Source: Octopus sinensis
Taxonomy: Eukaryota
Length of the DNA: 64,000 bases
Assembly (NCBI RefSeq): GCF_006345805.1
Contig: NC_043010.1
Coordinates: forward strand, 17,174,001 to 17,238,000
Reading direction: 5' to 3'
Each line of letters starts with the position of its first letter. Positions within the stretch are counted from its first letter, which is position 1. Positions 52,001-61,199 of the stretch are shown here, piece by piece. The position numbers were made by a program, and so were the translations under genes. The notes beneath the pieces were generated by a model. The model worked only from the letters and a program-made list of their open reading frames with translations, did no database searches and was not told the DNA's origin.

Positions 52001-52788
52001 AATACTTATTCAGTACTAACACATCGAGAATAATTTTACTATGACACCCGTCTTGAGATAAGAATAACAGTAACAATTTACCGGCGAAGGGTACAGAATA
52101 GGGAAGCAACAATGTAAATAATTGAATTTGGGGGTCACAAAATTATTTCACCGAAAAAAACAACCACCCAATTCCTTGAGGTAAGTGGTAGCTATTCCGA
52201 AAGTCTGTCGATCAGAGAAGACAGCAGTCTCGTGAAACGGGTGGAAGAGTAACAATTTACCCTGTATCGAAATATTTTTAATGTCAAAAAATGTTAATGT
52301 GAATAAACAAAGAGGCGGAAAGAGAGGAGAAAATTTGTTGCAACTAACAGAGCGTGTCCAGTGTCAATGAAAGAGACGGCGGTAACAACAAATGAAGGAG
52401 ATATTATTGATATGGGAATGGTGTTTCACTTTCAGGGGGATCCCCGAAATGATAATAAAAAGAGAGAGAGAGAAACACCTACAGCTGAATTGGACAAAGT
52501 CTGTGAGTACGGAAGATGAGAGAAGAAAAATAGCAGCTAAATGGGGGGAAATGGAATAAGAGAAACCTATATCAAGGAAACTGAGTGGCGATCGACTTGC
52601 AGAATAGATGAAGCAAAAATTAACTTTAAAACAAGACACTTGGTTCTTGACATCATTCCAACAGGCGCACATGGATTGATGGATGTGCAGACATAAAAAA
52701 TATGTCAATAGTTTAATAGTGAGGTCATAATATTATTTACCTTTCCGTCCGTACTTGATCCATTCAGAAATATGATGATCCTTTTCAT
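1092..52788 (-). CDS. KCTD9: BTB/POZ and pentapeptide-repeat protein KCTD9 orthologue, multi-exon, 3' end outside window; join(52788-52741, 21231-21110, 18017-17974, 17163-17013, 13087-13026, 11606-11475, 9537-9470, 8179-8084, 4493-4344, 1197-1092)
   Basis: Ten exons with GT-AG ends splice in matching phase into one open frame: [71 protein letters not shown]...[32 protein letters not shown]...[24 protein letters not shown]...[12 protein letters not shown]...[20 protein letters not shown]...[15 protein letters not shown]. Recognised as KCTD9 from the domain order. Confidence 0.95.
1715..2135 (+). mobile_element. RTE 3'-tail element (representative). Other copies near 9541-9860(-), 12155-12405(+), 19670-20155(+), 20170-20380(+), 22105-22570(-), 40865-41430(-), 42140-42710(-), 43425-43790(-), 45440-45640(-), 48590-48860(+), 63860-64000(+)
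   Basis: Shared core GTTGGCRTTAGGAAGGGCATCCAGCTGTAGAAAC...CCATGCTAGCATGGAAAGCRGACGTTAAACGATGATG, matching the 3' end of the RTE at 25046. Confidence 0.88.
2698..3927 (-). mobile_element. Full-length but decayed Tc1/mariner-superfamily element, maT (DD37D)-like
   Basis: Imperfect TIRs (TA|CAGGG...TAAG.TATTTGAGGACA at both ends) with TA flanks; transposase remnants [25 protein letters not shown] and [23 protein letters not shown]; multiple stops. Confidence 0.8.
4344..4493 (-). CDS. KCTD9: KCTD9 coding exon 9 (150 nt, pentapeptide repeats)
   Basis: cttacag|GGC CTC AAC...TTA GAT|gtaagt; [50 protein letters not shown]. Confidence 0.95.
5400..6310 (+). mobile_element. 5'-truncated CR1/L2-type LINE 3' fragment
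   Basis: C-terminal motif [40 protein letters not shown], then a 3' UTR ending in an (ATT)n/(ACT)n tail at 6310-6405. Left boundary uncertain. Confidence 0.75.
7205..7495. repeat. 48-bp minisatellite, about 6 copies
   Basis: Unit ATGACCTTTGTTCTTTATTTGYTGAGTGTGGAGGAAGGGTCAGAG(A/C)CC starting near 7211, 7258, 7306, 7354, 7402, 7450. Confidence 0.95.
8084..8179 (-). CDS. KCTD9: KCTD9 coding exon 8 (96 nt)
   Basis: (ttg)n tag|CGT GAA...TGC CAG|gtgagt; [32 protein letters not shown]. Confidence 0.94.
9470..9537 (-). CDS. KCTD9: KCTD9 coding exon 7 (68 nt)
   Basis: (att)n gcag|GT GTA TTA GAA...GAG|gtaagg; [23 protein letters not shown]. Confidence 0.94.
10690..10985 (-). mobile_element. Third tRNA-derived SINE family (related head also at 1360-1520 +)
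   Basis: Head TAGTGATTAAGG...GAGTTCAATTCCTGG, CORE-like TTGGGCGAGGCACTTTAC, and a body distinct from families A and B. Confidence 0.65.
11475..11606 (-). CDS. KCTD9: KCTD9 coding exon 6 (132 nt, BTB core)
   Basis: tttatttggcag|AA GTT...GAA G|gtaaac; [44 protein letters not shown]. Confidence 0.96.
13026..13087 (-). CDS. KCTD9: KCTD9 coding exon 5 (62 nt)
   Basis: tatgaag|G AGT ACC TTG...TCA G|gtaggc; [20 protein letters not shown]. Confidence 0.93.
14248..14652. mobile_element. About 405-bp MITE copy 1 (GGATC-terminal TIR, 8-bp TSD; Merlin-like)
   Basis: TIR GGATCTTTTCGGTTTG...; TSD aagtattg/aagttttg (1 mismatch). Confidence 0.88.
17013..17163 (-). CDS. KCTD9: KCTD9 coding exon 4 (151 nt; linker and start of BTB)
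   Basis: Strong acceptor ttttccttgtccacctttgcag|CT; donor CG|gtaaga; [52 protein letters not shown] weaker in-frame acceptor exists at 17121. Confidence 0.88.
17974..18017 (-). CDS. KCTD9: KCTD9 coding exon 3 (44 nt)
   Basis: ttctttgtag|A GAT GAT GAT...AAG C|gtgagt; [14 protein letters not shown]. Confidence 0.93.
18110..18595 (+). mobile_element. RTE 3' fragment
   Basis: C-terminal remnant (ggaacctgtggaagtggtggacccaggaagacatggg) plus tail and (ATG)n. Confidence 0.8.
19107..19380. repeat. Compound (TA)n/(CA)n microsatellite, about 270 bp
   Basis: Directly visible alternating purine-pyrimidine tract; source of several spurious ORFs. Confidence 0.97.
21110..21231 (-). CDS. KCTD9: KCTD9 coding exon 2 (122 nt)
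   Basis: Acceptor ttttttcag|GTG; donor AG|gtcaga; [41 protein letters not shown]. Confidence 0.93.
21790..22720 (+). mobile_element. Fragment of a restriction-like-endonuclease (RLE) non-LTR retrotransposon (R4/Dong-like), interrupted by an inversion and an RTE tail
   Basis: Decayed frames [44 protein letters not shown], then (inverted) [10 protein letters not shown], then [31 protein letters not shown], matching the RLE C-terminus pattern. Confidence 0.7.
23677..24068 (+). mobile_element. Non-autonomous Helitron
   Basis: A|TC start (TCTCTATATATATAAAGCTGAAG), subterminal hairpin CCCGAGC-AAT-GCCGGG, CTAG|T end, no TSD. Confidence 0.85.
24525..24711. mobile_element. hAT (Charlie/Buster-like) MITE inserted in an RTE tail
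   Basis: 14-bp perfect TIR CAGTGGTTCCCAAC / GTTGGGAACCACTG; flanks catcaaac / tgttaaac are compatible with a decayed 8-bp TSD (ancestral cgttaaac is an inference). Confidence 0.8.
25046..27925 (-). mobile_element. 5'-truncated RTE-clade LINE (RT region, Cys-rich insert, 3' UTR with tandem repeats, (ATG)n tail)
   Basis: Frameshifted ORFs with [66 protein letters not shown]; tail ...GTTAAACGATGA. Confidence 0.93.
28104..28895 (-). mobile_element. RTE 3' fragment
   Basis: Homologous to 25046-26000 (C-terminal coding remnant, UTR and tail). Confidence 0.82.
28905..29380 (+). mobile_element. RTE 3'-UTR/tail element
   Basis: Tandem 55-60 bp units, then TTAGGAAGGGCATCCAGCTGTAGAAAC...GTTAAATGATGATG. 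Confidence 0.85.
30937..31343. mobile_element. Merlin-like MITE copy 2
   Basis: TIRs about 28 bp; perfect 8-bp TSD gtagtttc. Confidence 0.92.
31968..32374. mobile_element. Merlin-like MITE copy 3
   Basis: TIRs; perfect 8-bp TSD aaagcttt; opposite orientation to copy 2. Confidence 0.92.
32818..33200 (+). mobile_element. tRNA-derived CORE-like SINE (family B), full length. Other copies 51085-51460(+), 58540-58953(-), 59575-59940(-); partial copies near 9005, 10990, 18970, 20410, 20870, 29950
   Basis: A box TGGCTGTGTGG, B box GGTTCAGTCCC, CORE-like CTTGGGCAAGTG, internal (TA)n(TG)n, and 3' tail GGCGGTGCTCCAGCATGGCCGCAGTCAAATGACTGAAA with short tandem repeats. Confidence 0.85.
33271..33281. promoter_or_regulatory. 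NRF1-type palindrome TGCGCATGCGC
   Basis: Matches the NRF1 consensus in a CpG-containing non-repeat patch; function not shown. Confidence 0.35.
33708..34065. mobile_element. Merlin-like MITE copy 4 (internal deletion), inserted into a SINE
   Basis: TIRs; tcaactgg duplicated (one extra C at the right junction); about 45-bp internal deletion; SINE sequence resumes on both sides. Confidence 0.9.
34535..35047 (-). mobile_element. Non-autonomous Helitron
   Basis: Minus strand A|TCTATATATATAAAACTGTAG ... CCCGAGC-AAC-GCCGGG ... CTAG|T. Confidence 0.87.
35997..36405. mobile_element. Merlin-like MITE copy 5
   Basis: Same TIRs and internal sequence; no TSD detectable (ggttcctt vs caaatatt). Confidence 0.88.
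36953..37525 (-). mobile_element. Head-to-tail array of three family-A SINEs
   Basis: Three successive B-box/central domains (about 37030, 37215, 37440) separated by short (AAT)n linkers. Confidence 0.85.
38000..38845 (-). CDS. Single-exon DHHC-type palmitoyltransferase (ZDHHC family, closest in motif style to ZDHHC1/11), 281 aa, nested in KCTD9 intron 1
   Basis: Uninterrupted ORF with the full C-x2-C-x9-HC-x2-C-x2-C-x4-DHHC-x5-C signature ([35 protein letters not shown]), four hydrophobic TM-like segments and a TTxE motif (NTTTLEY). The ORF track starts at a TTG (38851); the first ATG is at 38845 and an in-frame TAA lies just upstream. Confidence 0.92.
   Translation of the reverse strand: MPFSYASASPTERTLLTGHIQQHGRHRLKNCRQAVLWISVIWIFFIYFSAVLPLFPTKTTVGLGIVASLMSLLFLTTFFVTKLTDPVDPVSRIGSSMPDGEPVESSALLKVAIKYDEDLRYCAKCGTYVCGSSYHCPICQKCVLLFDHHCIWLNNCIGSRNYACFIISSSSAFILSATVFTSTLVIMSERIHSILLVGWWKFMYRYATERNSLPTFEILFIRCRPDVWLALVCATEILVFVIMILLLCLIIFHFYLMCHNTTTLEYIRQTRNYPVRALWDT
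40300..40530 (+). mobile_element. tRNA-derived SINE (family A), representative. Other copies near 2245, 8556, 9863, 10140, 13165, 13370, 15520, 16605, 21490, 22815, 23010, 33640, 35720, 57965
   Basis: A box TGGCAGAACCGTTAG, B box GAGTTCAAATTCC, central GGTCGACTTTGCCTTTCATCCTTTCGGGGTCGATAAAT.AAGTACCAG domain. Confidence 0.88.
40540..44163. repeat. Tandem triplication of a composite 1.1-1.3 kb unit bounded by (TA)n
   Basis: Anchor GACGGGCTTCTTTCAGATTCC at 40571, 41826 and 43105; units 1 and 2 nearly identical; unit 3 has fewer 60-bp subrepeats and scattered substitutions. Confidence 0.95.
44164..44378 (-). mobile_element. (TA)n-associated short Penelope-LTR-like element with a hammerhead motif (44261-44295)
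   Basis: GTTT-CTGACGA-A-GAGC TCC GCTC-GAAA-CATT-AAAC on the minus strand; element homologous to 60374-60585. Confidence 0.7.
46127..48200 (-). mobile_element. 5'-truncated CR1-group LINE with an uninterrupted 645-aa RT/C-terminal ORF (46224-48161) and an (ATCA)n tail
   Basis: [64 protein letters not shown]; no APE domain in view; 3' UTR 46156-46223. Confidence 0.95.
49130..50760 (-). mobile_element. Decayed RTE fragment
   Basis: [13 protein letters not shown]...[12 protein letters not shown]...CKLWTHERC remnants; homologous to 25046-27925. Confidence 0.83.
49591..49803. mobile_element. piggyBac-like MITE inserted in an RTE fragment
   Basis: TTAA on both sides; ends CCCTTTCGTTAC and GAAACAAAAGGT are imperfect inverted repeats. 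Confidence 0.72.
52741..52788 (-). CDS. KCTD9: KCTD9 coding exon 1 (48 nt, [16 protein letters not shown])
   Basis: ATG at 52788-52786; donor AAG|gtaaat; phase 0 matches exon 2; resembles the KCTD9 N-terminus MxRVTLFxNG...GK. Confidence 0.9.
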
Positions 52789-53174
52789 GTTTCTACACCA
52801 GTTTGTTTTATCATTGAAACGTCGATGAATAATTGAACATTGTCAGTTTGTGTCTCTTTTCGATTTTTTGCTCCGCTTCTGTCTCTAACATATTTTCACA
52901 GTAAACATGTGTGTATATCTATTGTATTCCTCTGCGTGGATTTGTGTCTTTTACTTCATTTTAAATACTTCCTCTTTCTATAGAAGTCCATTACTATACC
53001 AATTACATCTATTTAAATATATATATATCTTTATACATAAATATGTGTGTTGTGTTTGATGGTTTATAAAGAAAGGAAGACATGAAGAGTTCCAGGCTCG
53101 GCCAGCTGAAGGTCGCTCCTCACCTTGCTAGTATTAACTTCATAAAGGCTATCACACATACATAAAAAAAAAAC

Positions 53175-53353
<179 letters not shown>

Positions 53354-54239
53354 TCTTTTGGAATTTTGTTTTATGAATGTTATTGTTTCGCCTTTGTTTT
53401 ATCAGATAAAAGAATATAAGTATATACAATTTCGAATAGACACTTTTATTCTTGTTTAGATACTAATAAATAAATGTATAAATTTATATGAATGAATGAA
53501 TGAAAACATTTTTAAGTAAACATTACGAGATGTTTTTTTCTAATGACGTAAGGGATAAACGGTGTCGCCGGTGGGTGCCACCTCCCACCGATCTTGTCAA
53601 ACGTCAAAACTATTTACTTCTGACATCTTCCACCATATTTTCACAGTATGTGTATACTCTTTTTAATACAATATCGGTAGTGCTCTATTTTCAGATTAGA
53701 TTAAAATTAAATTTGCTTGTCATGAACTTTCTATTTACATCCATTTTCCCTGTACCATTATAAAATTAATGGCAATTTTGTTGTGTGTAAATACGTAGAC
53801 CAAAGGAGCGCACTAATTATGGAAACGTAATTGCTACAGAACACCTGACCACTTACGGCGAGACGAACCCTAACTCGAGGATGGTGTTTAGAGGCTGAGA
53901 TGCCATATACTCTACCTAGCATACGTCATATATCTTGCTGGCCATCACCTTACAGCTGTTCAATCCTCTGAACACCACCACACCATGTTGCTCACTTCGC
54001 CTTCATTCCTCCCCTTGGCCTGTGTGTAAGAGGCAGGATTGGACCATCTTCATGCTTTTGTCCTTCCTTCTTTCCAGTGCATCTCTCTTACCCTCTTTGT
54101 CTACCTCTACCCCAGGTCGTTACACTATCTCACTCCTTTAGGGGCCACTTCTATTGCCATCCATCACCTAATCTTTATCTTATCCTTTCGGTCACACTTT
54201 CATCACAGTTACGCTTTGTCAGTCATGCATACTGATGTT

Positions 54240-55180
54240 GCAAATTGAATGGAGCCCACTGTCTTCATTTGTTGCCAGCCTATGCATGTCCTCCGCAGTC
54301 AGAGTTCATGTCTCACTACCATGTAAGAAAGCTCTTCTCACACAAGCATCATACAACCTACCTTTCACTCTCAGCATCCACCACTGTTACTAATTTCTCT
54401 CTGAGCATCCACCACAGTTACTAATTTGTCCACCTAAATAGCAGAAACTATCTACAAGAGAGCCTCTTGGGCATTTTAGAGAGTTTAAGTCCCTCATGCT
54501 CTTAGTACTTCCTGTTCCTGCTACACTCAAAAGCAATTATCTGATGACCTTCCCATGATTCCACTGCATCTCTTACGCACCCATAGGTTACACTTGATGC
54601 AGCAAATGGAATTACATCTCACTCCTTTCCTACATATTGAACAGGGCAATTTACCAACCAAAACGAGAATCTTATCTCTTTTCTCGCTAACAACAACTTT
54701 AGTCTTAGCTAAGTTAACTTTAAGGCCCTTTGATTTCAGGTTTTGCTTCCAAACCTGAAACTTCTTCACCAATTCTGCTCCAGATTCTGCAATAAAAGCA
54801 AAATCATCAGTATATAGTAGTTCCCATCAGCATCCAGTTTTCAATTCCTCTGTTATGGCCTGGAGAACTGTGATGAATAAGAAGGGGACTAACAACTGAT
54901 CCCTCATGTGCTCCAATTTGTATGTTAAATTCATCACTGTACATGGCTTGGACAGCTTCAACAAGCCAGTCCTCTACTCCTAATTTCCTTAGAGACCACC
55001 AAATAAAGGAGTGGGGAAACCCTGTTGAAAGCTTCTCCAGGTCGAACAAAGTTAAGTACAATGGCTTACTTTTGGCCAAATACTTTTTTTGTAACTGTCT
55101 CGCTAAGAAGATAATATCTGTAGTACTTCTCCCAGGAACAAAACCAAACTTCGTCTCATCTACTTTAATTCTATGGACGC
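54240..55180 (-). mobile_element. Decayed RTE fragment
   Basis: FGFVPGRSTTDIIFLARQLQKKYL...; [13 protein letters not shown]...PCSICRKGV. Confidence 0.83.
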
Positions 55181-55183
55181 ATA

Positions 55184-56270
55184 AGAGGTGCAGAAATATC
55201 AAAGGATAGCTAACTGGGAAGATAGTTTTTGTGTGTGGCAAATGCTCAGGAGCAATGAACACTGAAAATGTACAGAAAACAGCTTCTGTCACATGCCAGG
55301 GGGAAAAACTAGAGGCAATTGATAGCTTCTCTTACCTAGGTGACCAAGTCAGTAACAGGGTGGATGCTCTGAGAGTGTAGCTGCTAGAATAAGAATAGCC
55401 TGGGCAAAGTTCAGAAAGCTCCTACCTCTGCCAAAGACAAAGGGCCTCTCGCTCAGAGAGAAAGCTGGACTGTATGACGCATGTGTTTGAACAGCCATGC
55501 TACATGGCAGTGAAACATGGGCCATGACTTCTGAGGACATGCATAAGCTTGCAAGAAATGAAGCCAGTATTCTCCACTGGATATGTCATGTCAGTGTGCA
55601 TGCATGACAGTGTAAGCACCCTGAGAGAAAAACTGGACATAAGAAGCATCAGATGTCGTGTGTAAGAGAGATGACTTTGCTTGTATGGTCATGTGTTGCA
55701 TATGGATGAGGACAGCTGCATGAAAAAGTGTCACACCCTAGCAGTAGAGGGAACCTGTGGGAGAAGTAGACCCAGAAAGACCTGGGATAAGGTGGTGAAG
55801 CACAACATTCAAATGCTGGGCCTCATGGAGGCGATGATGAGTGACTAAGTCCTTTAGAGATATGGTGTGCCTGAGAAGACCCAGCAAGCCAAATGTGACA
55901 GTAACCGTAGCATATGCTATTGTGTTGGCTGATGCCTGTACTACCTGACTGGCACCCTTGCCAGTGGCACGTGAAAAGCACCATTTGAATGTGGTCGATG
56001 CCAGTACCAGTGGCATGTAAAAAGCAACATTCAAGCATGGTTGATGCCAGTACCACCTGACTGGCCCTCATGCTGGTAGCACATAAAAAGCACCCACTAC
56101 ACTCTCAGAGCGGTTGGCATTAGAAAGGACATCCAGCTGTAGAAACCTTGCTAGATCAGATTGGAGCCTGGTGCAGCCTTCTAGCTTGCCAGCTCTGGTC
56201 AAACCATCCAACCCATGCCAGCATGGAAAGCAGATGTTAAACGACGACAATGATGATGAAGAAGATGATG
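55184..56270 (+). mobile_element. RTE 3' fragment with tail
   Basis: Starts at HKRCRNIKG and runs through the UTR repeats to GTTAAACGACGACAATGATG. Confidence 0.85.
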
Positions 56271-56315
56271 AGATATAATTCAATAATTCTATTAGTTGAG
56301 AAATAACTCTCCCTG

Positions 56316-56344
<29 letters not shown>

Positions 56345-56351
<7 letters not shown>

Positions 56352-56536
56352 AAAGTTTACGGAAAAAACAAAAGACGAAGACAGGTGGTGTACAAAACAA
56401 ACAGATGTATTAGTTTAACATTCAGGAATAGAAAAAGTCTTTTACATTTCGAGCCTATGCACTTCTACAGAAAGGGACACAGAAAAACAAGGAGAGAAAA
56501 AAATGTGTGTAGTGGCTAACGATTAATCATGGCGAC
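56345..56536 (-). mobile_element. (TA)n-flanked short element, second subfamily, with a decayed hammerhead motif (56439-56474)
   Basis: CTTT-CTGTAGA-A-GTGC ATAG GCTC-GAAA-TGTA-AAAG; homologous partial copy at 12445-12600 (GCTC-AAAA-CGTA-AAAG at 12531-12546). Confidence 0.62.
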
Positions 56537-56954
56537 TATATATATATATATATATAAAATTAGAAAAAAAAAAAATTATATCAATTCAAAATGAACAATT
56601 AAATCACACCATCCAGAAAATTACATATAATAGAAATATTAACATTAAAATAACAATAAAATGTCAAAGATTAAGTAAATTGCAAAAAACTATAATAATA
56701 ATAACTTTTATAAATTGTAGAATAACATCACGTGTTTCGTGGCTATATTTCTATTATATGTAATTTTCTGGATGGTGTAATTTAATTGTTCCTTTTGAAT
56801 TGATAAAAGGTGGGTTTTTTTAATTTTTTATATATATATTATATTGTGTGAAATTTGATTTAGTACTTCTAAATTGAATTTTTTTTCCTTGTAAGTTTTG
56901 GATTTTATTCCCTCAAATATTAATAATTATATATATATATATAATATATATAGG

Positions 56955-57640
56955 GGTATGAAAGGTATTAGTGTCAGGAAGACCCAAAGGCTATCGGGTA
57001 AATGCTAAGTAAGTGCTATGGATAGACCATGGTTAAGCTCCAGGCTCGATAATGATACAAGTGAGGAGTCCAACGTGGGTCATGTATTAGTTTGAAGTGT
57101 GGAGGTGTAGGGTGGTGTGGTTCAGTTCAGTCGTCCACTTGTAATTTCCCCATAAGTTTGCAGTGGTTGGTTGCTGTTGATGTCATTTAGGGCAGATGTT
57201 GGTGCCCTTTTGTAGGATCTGTAGAGTTCCTTCTTCATGAAATTATTGTATTCCTCGATGGTAATGGAATATGTATTTCCTGTTTTATCCAAGAAGACGT
57301 GTAATTTAGGGGATGCAACGATTTGTTTTATGGTGTGTGAAAGTTTTTTTTTTTTTTAAATATTTGGAGATTTTAATGTTTCTAATCAAATGAAACACAT
57401 CTGCTTCGAATTTTTCCAGATGGGGGTTGTGGGGAGGATGTTTATATGATTTGAGGTTATAGGTGTTAATATTATTGTCGTGGAAGAAAGCTTTCCATCA
57501 CATTCTTCGGATGAGGTCCTTAGTTTTAGTGAGGAGGAGTAAGAGGAAAGTCTTTTGTAAAGGAATAGGTATATCCTTAAGAGAAATGCCAAGGAATTGT
57601 TTATCCATTACGGAAGCATTACCTGAGATAAGTGCTTATA
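56955..57640 (-). mobile_element. Penelope-like element, N-terminal/pre-RT fragment
   Basis: Decayed frame SLKDIPIP..TKTKDLIRRM*WKAFF...KSYKHPPHNPHLEKFEADVFHLIRNIK..LDKTGNTYSITIEEYN..LYRSYKRAP resembles the PLE ORF N-terminus. Confidence 0.72.
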
Positions 57641-58749
57641 ATAACGAGAAACCAAGGGTATGAAAGGTATTGGTGTCGGGACTCTTGCAAATAGTACAAT
57701 TAACAACAATACTAGTAATAATTACTAATAGCTTGTACCTTTCTACCCCATTCTCTAACCTCTCCTTTGATAATATTACCTTCTCCATTCCTGAAAACAA
57801 TCTCCAAAATACACACATTTATAACTGCCGTCCTGGGGCCCTCTGCCCTTAAAAACCCATTGTAGATCCCAACCAATGAAGGAACACACACCTTGGGCAG
57901 ACTCATGTGTGTGAGACCTTAATTTGCCTTCACATAGCTGTGTGGTATCGTTATCTTCACTGGGAAGGCGGTGAGCTGGCAGAAACGTTAGCATGCCGGG
58001 CGTAATGCATAGCCGCATTTCGTCTGCCGTTACGTTGTGAGTTCAAATTCCGCCGAGGTTGACTTTGTCTTTCATCCTTTCAGGGTCGATAAATTAAGTA
58101 CCAGTTATGCACTGGGGTCGATGTAATTGACTTAATCCCTTTGTCTCTCCCCTCTATGTTTAGCCCCTTGTGGGCAATAAAGATATATATCTTCTCTGGG
58201 GTTATCAGGTCAGACATTTGTTTTTCACCGCAATGCCCGCGTTATAGAACATGTTCAACCACTGTGAAAAATAGGGAGATTGTAGCAAAATCCTTACAAA
58301 CTTTGCAGCTTATAGACTGAATAATAGGTATGAATATATACTAATAACGATGAGCAACTTTGCATGAATTGAGTTGAATAAAGAGAAAAAAGTTAAAGGC
58401 AAAAATGCTTGAAAAGTTTTAGTCGTTGCTTCACATCTTTACCACAATTGAACAAATATAAGCTCTTACTGTGCTTAATGCTTGGGGAAATTTTATTGAA
58501 TTTAAACCTGAGACACTCCTTTGGTATTCCTGAGTCTCTCTTTTACTTGTTTCAGTCATGTGACTGTGGCCATGCTGGAGCACTGCCTTTAGTCGATCAA
58601 ATCGACCCCAGGACTTATTCTTTGTAAGCCCAGTACTTATTCTATCGGTCTCTTTTTTTTTTGCCAAACCGCTAAGTTACGGGGACGTAAACACACCAGC
58701 ATCGGTTGTCAAGCGATGTTGGGGGGACAAACACAGACACACAAACACG

Positions 58750-58791
<42 letters not shown>

Positions 58792-60334
58792 CGACGGGCT
58801 TCTTTCAGTTTTCATCTACCAAATCCACTCACAAGTCTTTGGTCGGCCCGAGGCTATAGTAGAAGACACTTACCCAAGGTGCCACGCAGTTGGACTGAAC
58901 CCGGAACCATGTGGTTCATAAGCAAGTTACTTACCACACAGCCACTCCTACGCCTTGGAGTCGTTTGCTTCCAAGAATATCTACATGGACAAATTGTTTA
59001 CAGCAGTAATGCCAGATATAAGGTTCATTAGTAAATTTTCAGTTGAAAAATAGGGCTTTGTGCAAAGAAATGGTATACAATGCTTCAAAGATATTGTTTC
59101 ATCATGGAATATGGAAGACATTCACATTAGCAGTTTAGCTGTGGCACAAAGGCCATTATTGATGGAAAATGTGCCGATAATTGTTCCAAAAAGCATGTTT
59201 TTTTGGCCATTTTCCATTGACAAATAGGGTTTTGTGCATCACAAATGCACTCATAACACTCCTTGTACACTGCTGCATTTTTTGACACCGAAAACATTAA
59301 AATTGGCAACAGAGATTAGAAGTGAATCAAAATATTGCATGAAAATGACCTCAAAATTGTACAACCTGATCTTGTTTTCACACTTATTTTTGTCGTAAAA
59401 AAGAGTTATTGTGCAAAAAAATACTTCATTTGGTAGCTGAAAGATTATTGAATGTTTTGATATTCCATACGTCAAAATTGGCAACTCTGTTTTCAAATCC
59501 ATAAGGAACATACACATCACACACACACACACACACACAAACTCTGTTTTATATATATATATATATTTTATTCTTTTATTTGTTTCAGTCATCTTGACTG
59601 TGGTCATGCTGAAGCACGCCTTTAGTCGAACAAACCGACTCCAGGACTTATTCTTTGTAAGCCAAGTACTTATTCCATCGGTCTCTTAGCAGAGCCGCTA
59701 AGTTACAGAGACGTAAATACACCAACATCAGTTGTCAAGTGATGGTGGTGGGGGACAAATACACACACAAACACGCATATATGACAGGCTTCTTTCAGTT
59801 TCCGTCTACCAAATCTACTTACAAGGCTTTGGTCAGCCCAAGGCTATAGTAGGACACACTTGCCCAAGTTTCATGGAGTGGGACTGAACTCAGAACCATG
59901 TGGTTAGTAAGCAAGCTACTTACCACACACCCACTCCTGCACCACATTTATATATATGTGCAGATGTTAAATGATGAGGAGGAGGAGAATATATATATAT
60001 ATATATATATACACACATTTAAATATATATACATATATATATGTATACATAAATATATGTATATATATATATATATATATATACATTTATATCATCATCA
60101 TCATCATCGTTTAATGTTGATGATGATGAATATATATATATATATATATATTTGACGTCTATGTTTAGCATATTAGGTGTCCACTTTAGTGGTCATTCTT
60201 CTCAATTTTGTATATATATATATATATCACCGTTACCGACCAGGCTATCAGATGTTGCTACACATCGATGGTCACGATGCGCTTCGCATTGTTTTAGCCT
60301 TCAAATGACGCCACCCTGCTGGCTAAGCGAGCAG

Positions 60335-60373
<39 letters not shown>

Positions 60374-60379
<6 letters not shown>

Positions 60380-60585
60380 AATCCAAACAAGAACAAGCAA
60401 GAAAAAATAACAACACGAGGATGTGGAATAAGTACAGTGTTATTGGACGCTTAGGAAAGGAAAGAAAAAAAGAGGATTTCATGTTTCGAGCAGAGCTCTT
60501 CATCAGAAATATAGAAAAAGTCCAAAGGGAAGACGGAGAAAGAAAATTGCCAATGATACACACGCGGTCACATATTGAAATGACC
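60374..60585 (-). mobile_element. (TA)n-associated short Penelope-LTR-like element with a hammerhead motif (60476-60510)
   Basis: ATTT-CTGATGA-A-GAGC TCT GCTC-GAAA-CATG-AAAT on the minus strand. Confidence 0.7.
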
Positions 60586-61199
60586 AGAAGGGAATGGTTT
60601 AAGAAAATTTTTTATAAGACAGGAGAGTGCAAGAGAAGGCAGTATGTGTGGGCATGTGCATGCGCACAGGTCTGTGTGTGTGTGTGCAATGATAGCATGT
60701 GTATGTGTGTGGTTGTAGCTGTTTATGCATGTGTGTTGTTGGACTTTGAATCGCTTAATGTCGTAGGAAGAATTTATAGTAAGAATAATGGTAGAAGTGG
60801 CTGTCTGTTGTGTGTCTCCCTTAATGCATATGTATATAGATAGATAGATAGATAGACAAATAGATAGATAGATACATACATACATAGATATTGTCAGTAG
60901 TCATATAATCTACTAAAAGAAGCACACTCTGAAGTATTAGAGCAGTGATATATTTTTTAAAGGGAGTTAAAAGTTTCGGCCAGTCATATAAAGCACTTAG
61001 CAGTTTAGGCGACCCCTCAGACTCAAATGGCTGAAGGTGCATAACCTCTCTACAACTAGAGGAAAAATACATAATGGTCTGTTGGTTTCTAAACAATATA
61101 TAAATGTCCATGATGCAGGGGGGATGGGGTTGTCCCCCTTACATTGGCTCTGGCCATGGTGATATTCAAAGGAGCTGTGGTGGGCCTATTCAACAAATG

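Noticed and set aside
51830-52040. DETTD-like peptide suggesting a hAT transposase relic
   Set aside because: A single short motif amid stops, with no further alignable residues or TIRs.
52060-52265. Direct repeat AGTAACAATTTACC about 180 bp apart near the start of intron 1
   Set aside because: Too short and AT-rich to assign a function or element boundary from sequence alone.
54240-56270. Back-to-back RTE pieces suggesting a twin-priming 5' inversion
   Set aside because: The two pieces overlap by about 300 nt of element sequence and are clearly diverged from each other, so two independent insertions fit better.
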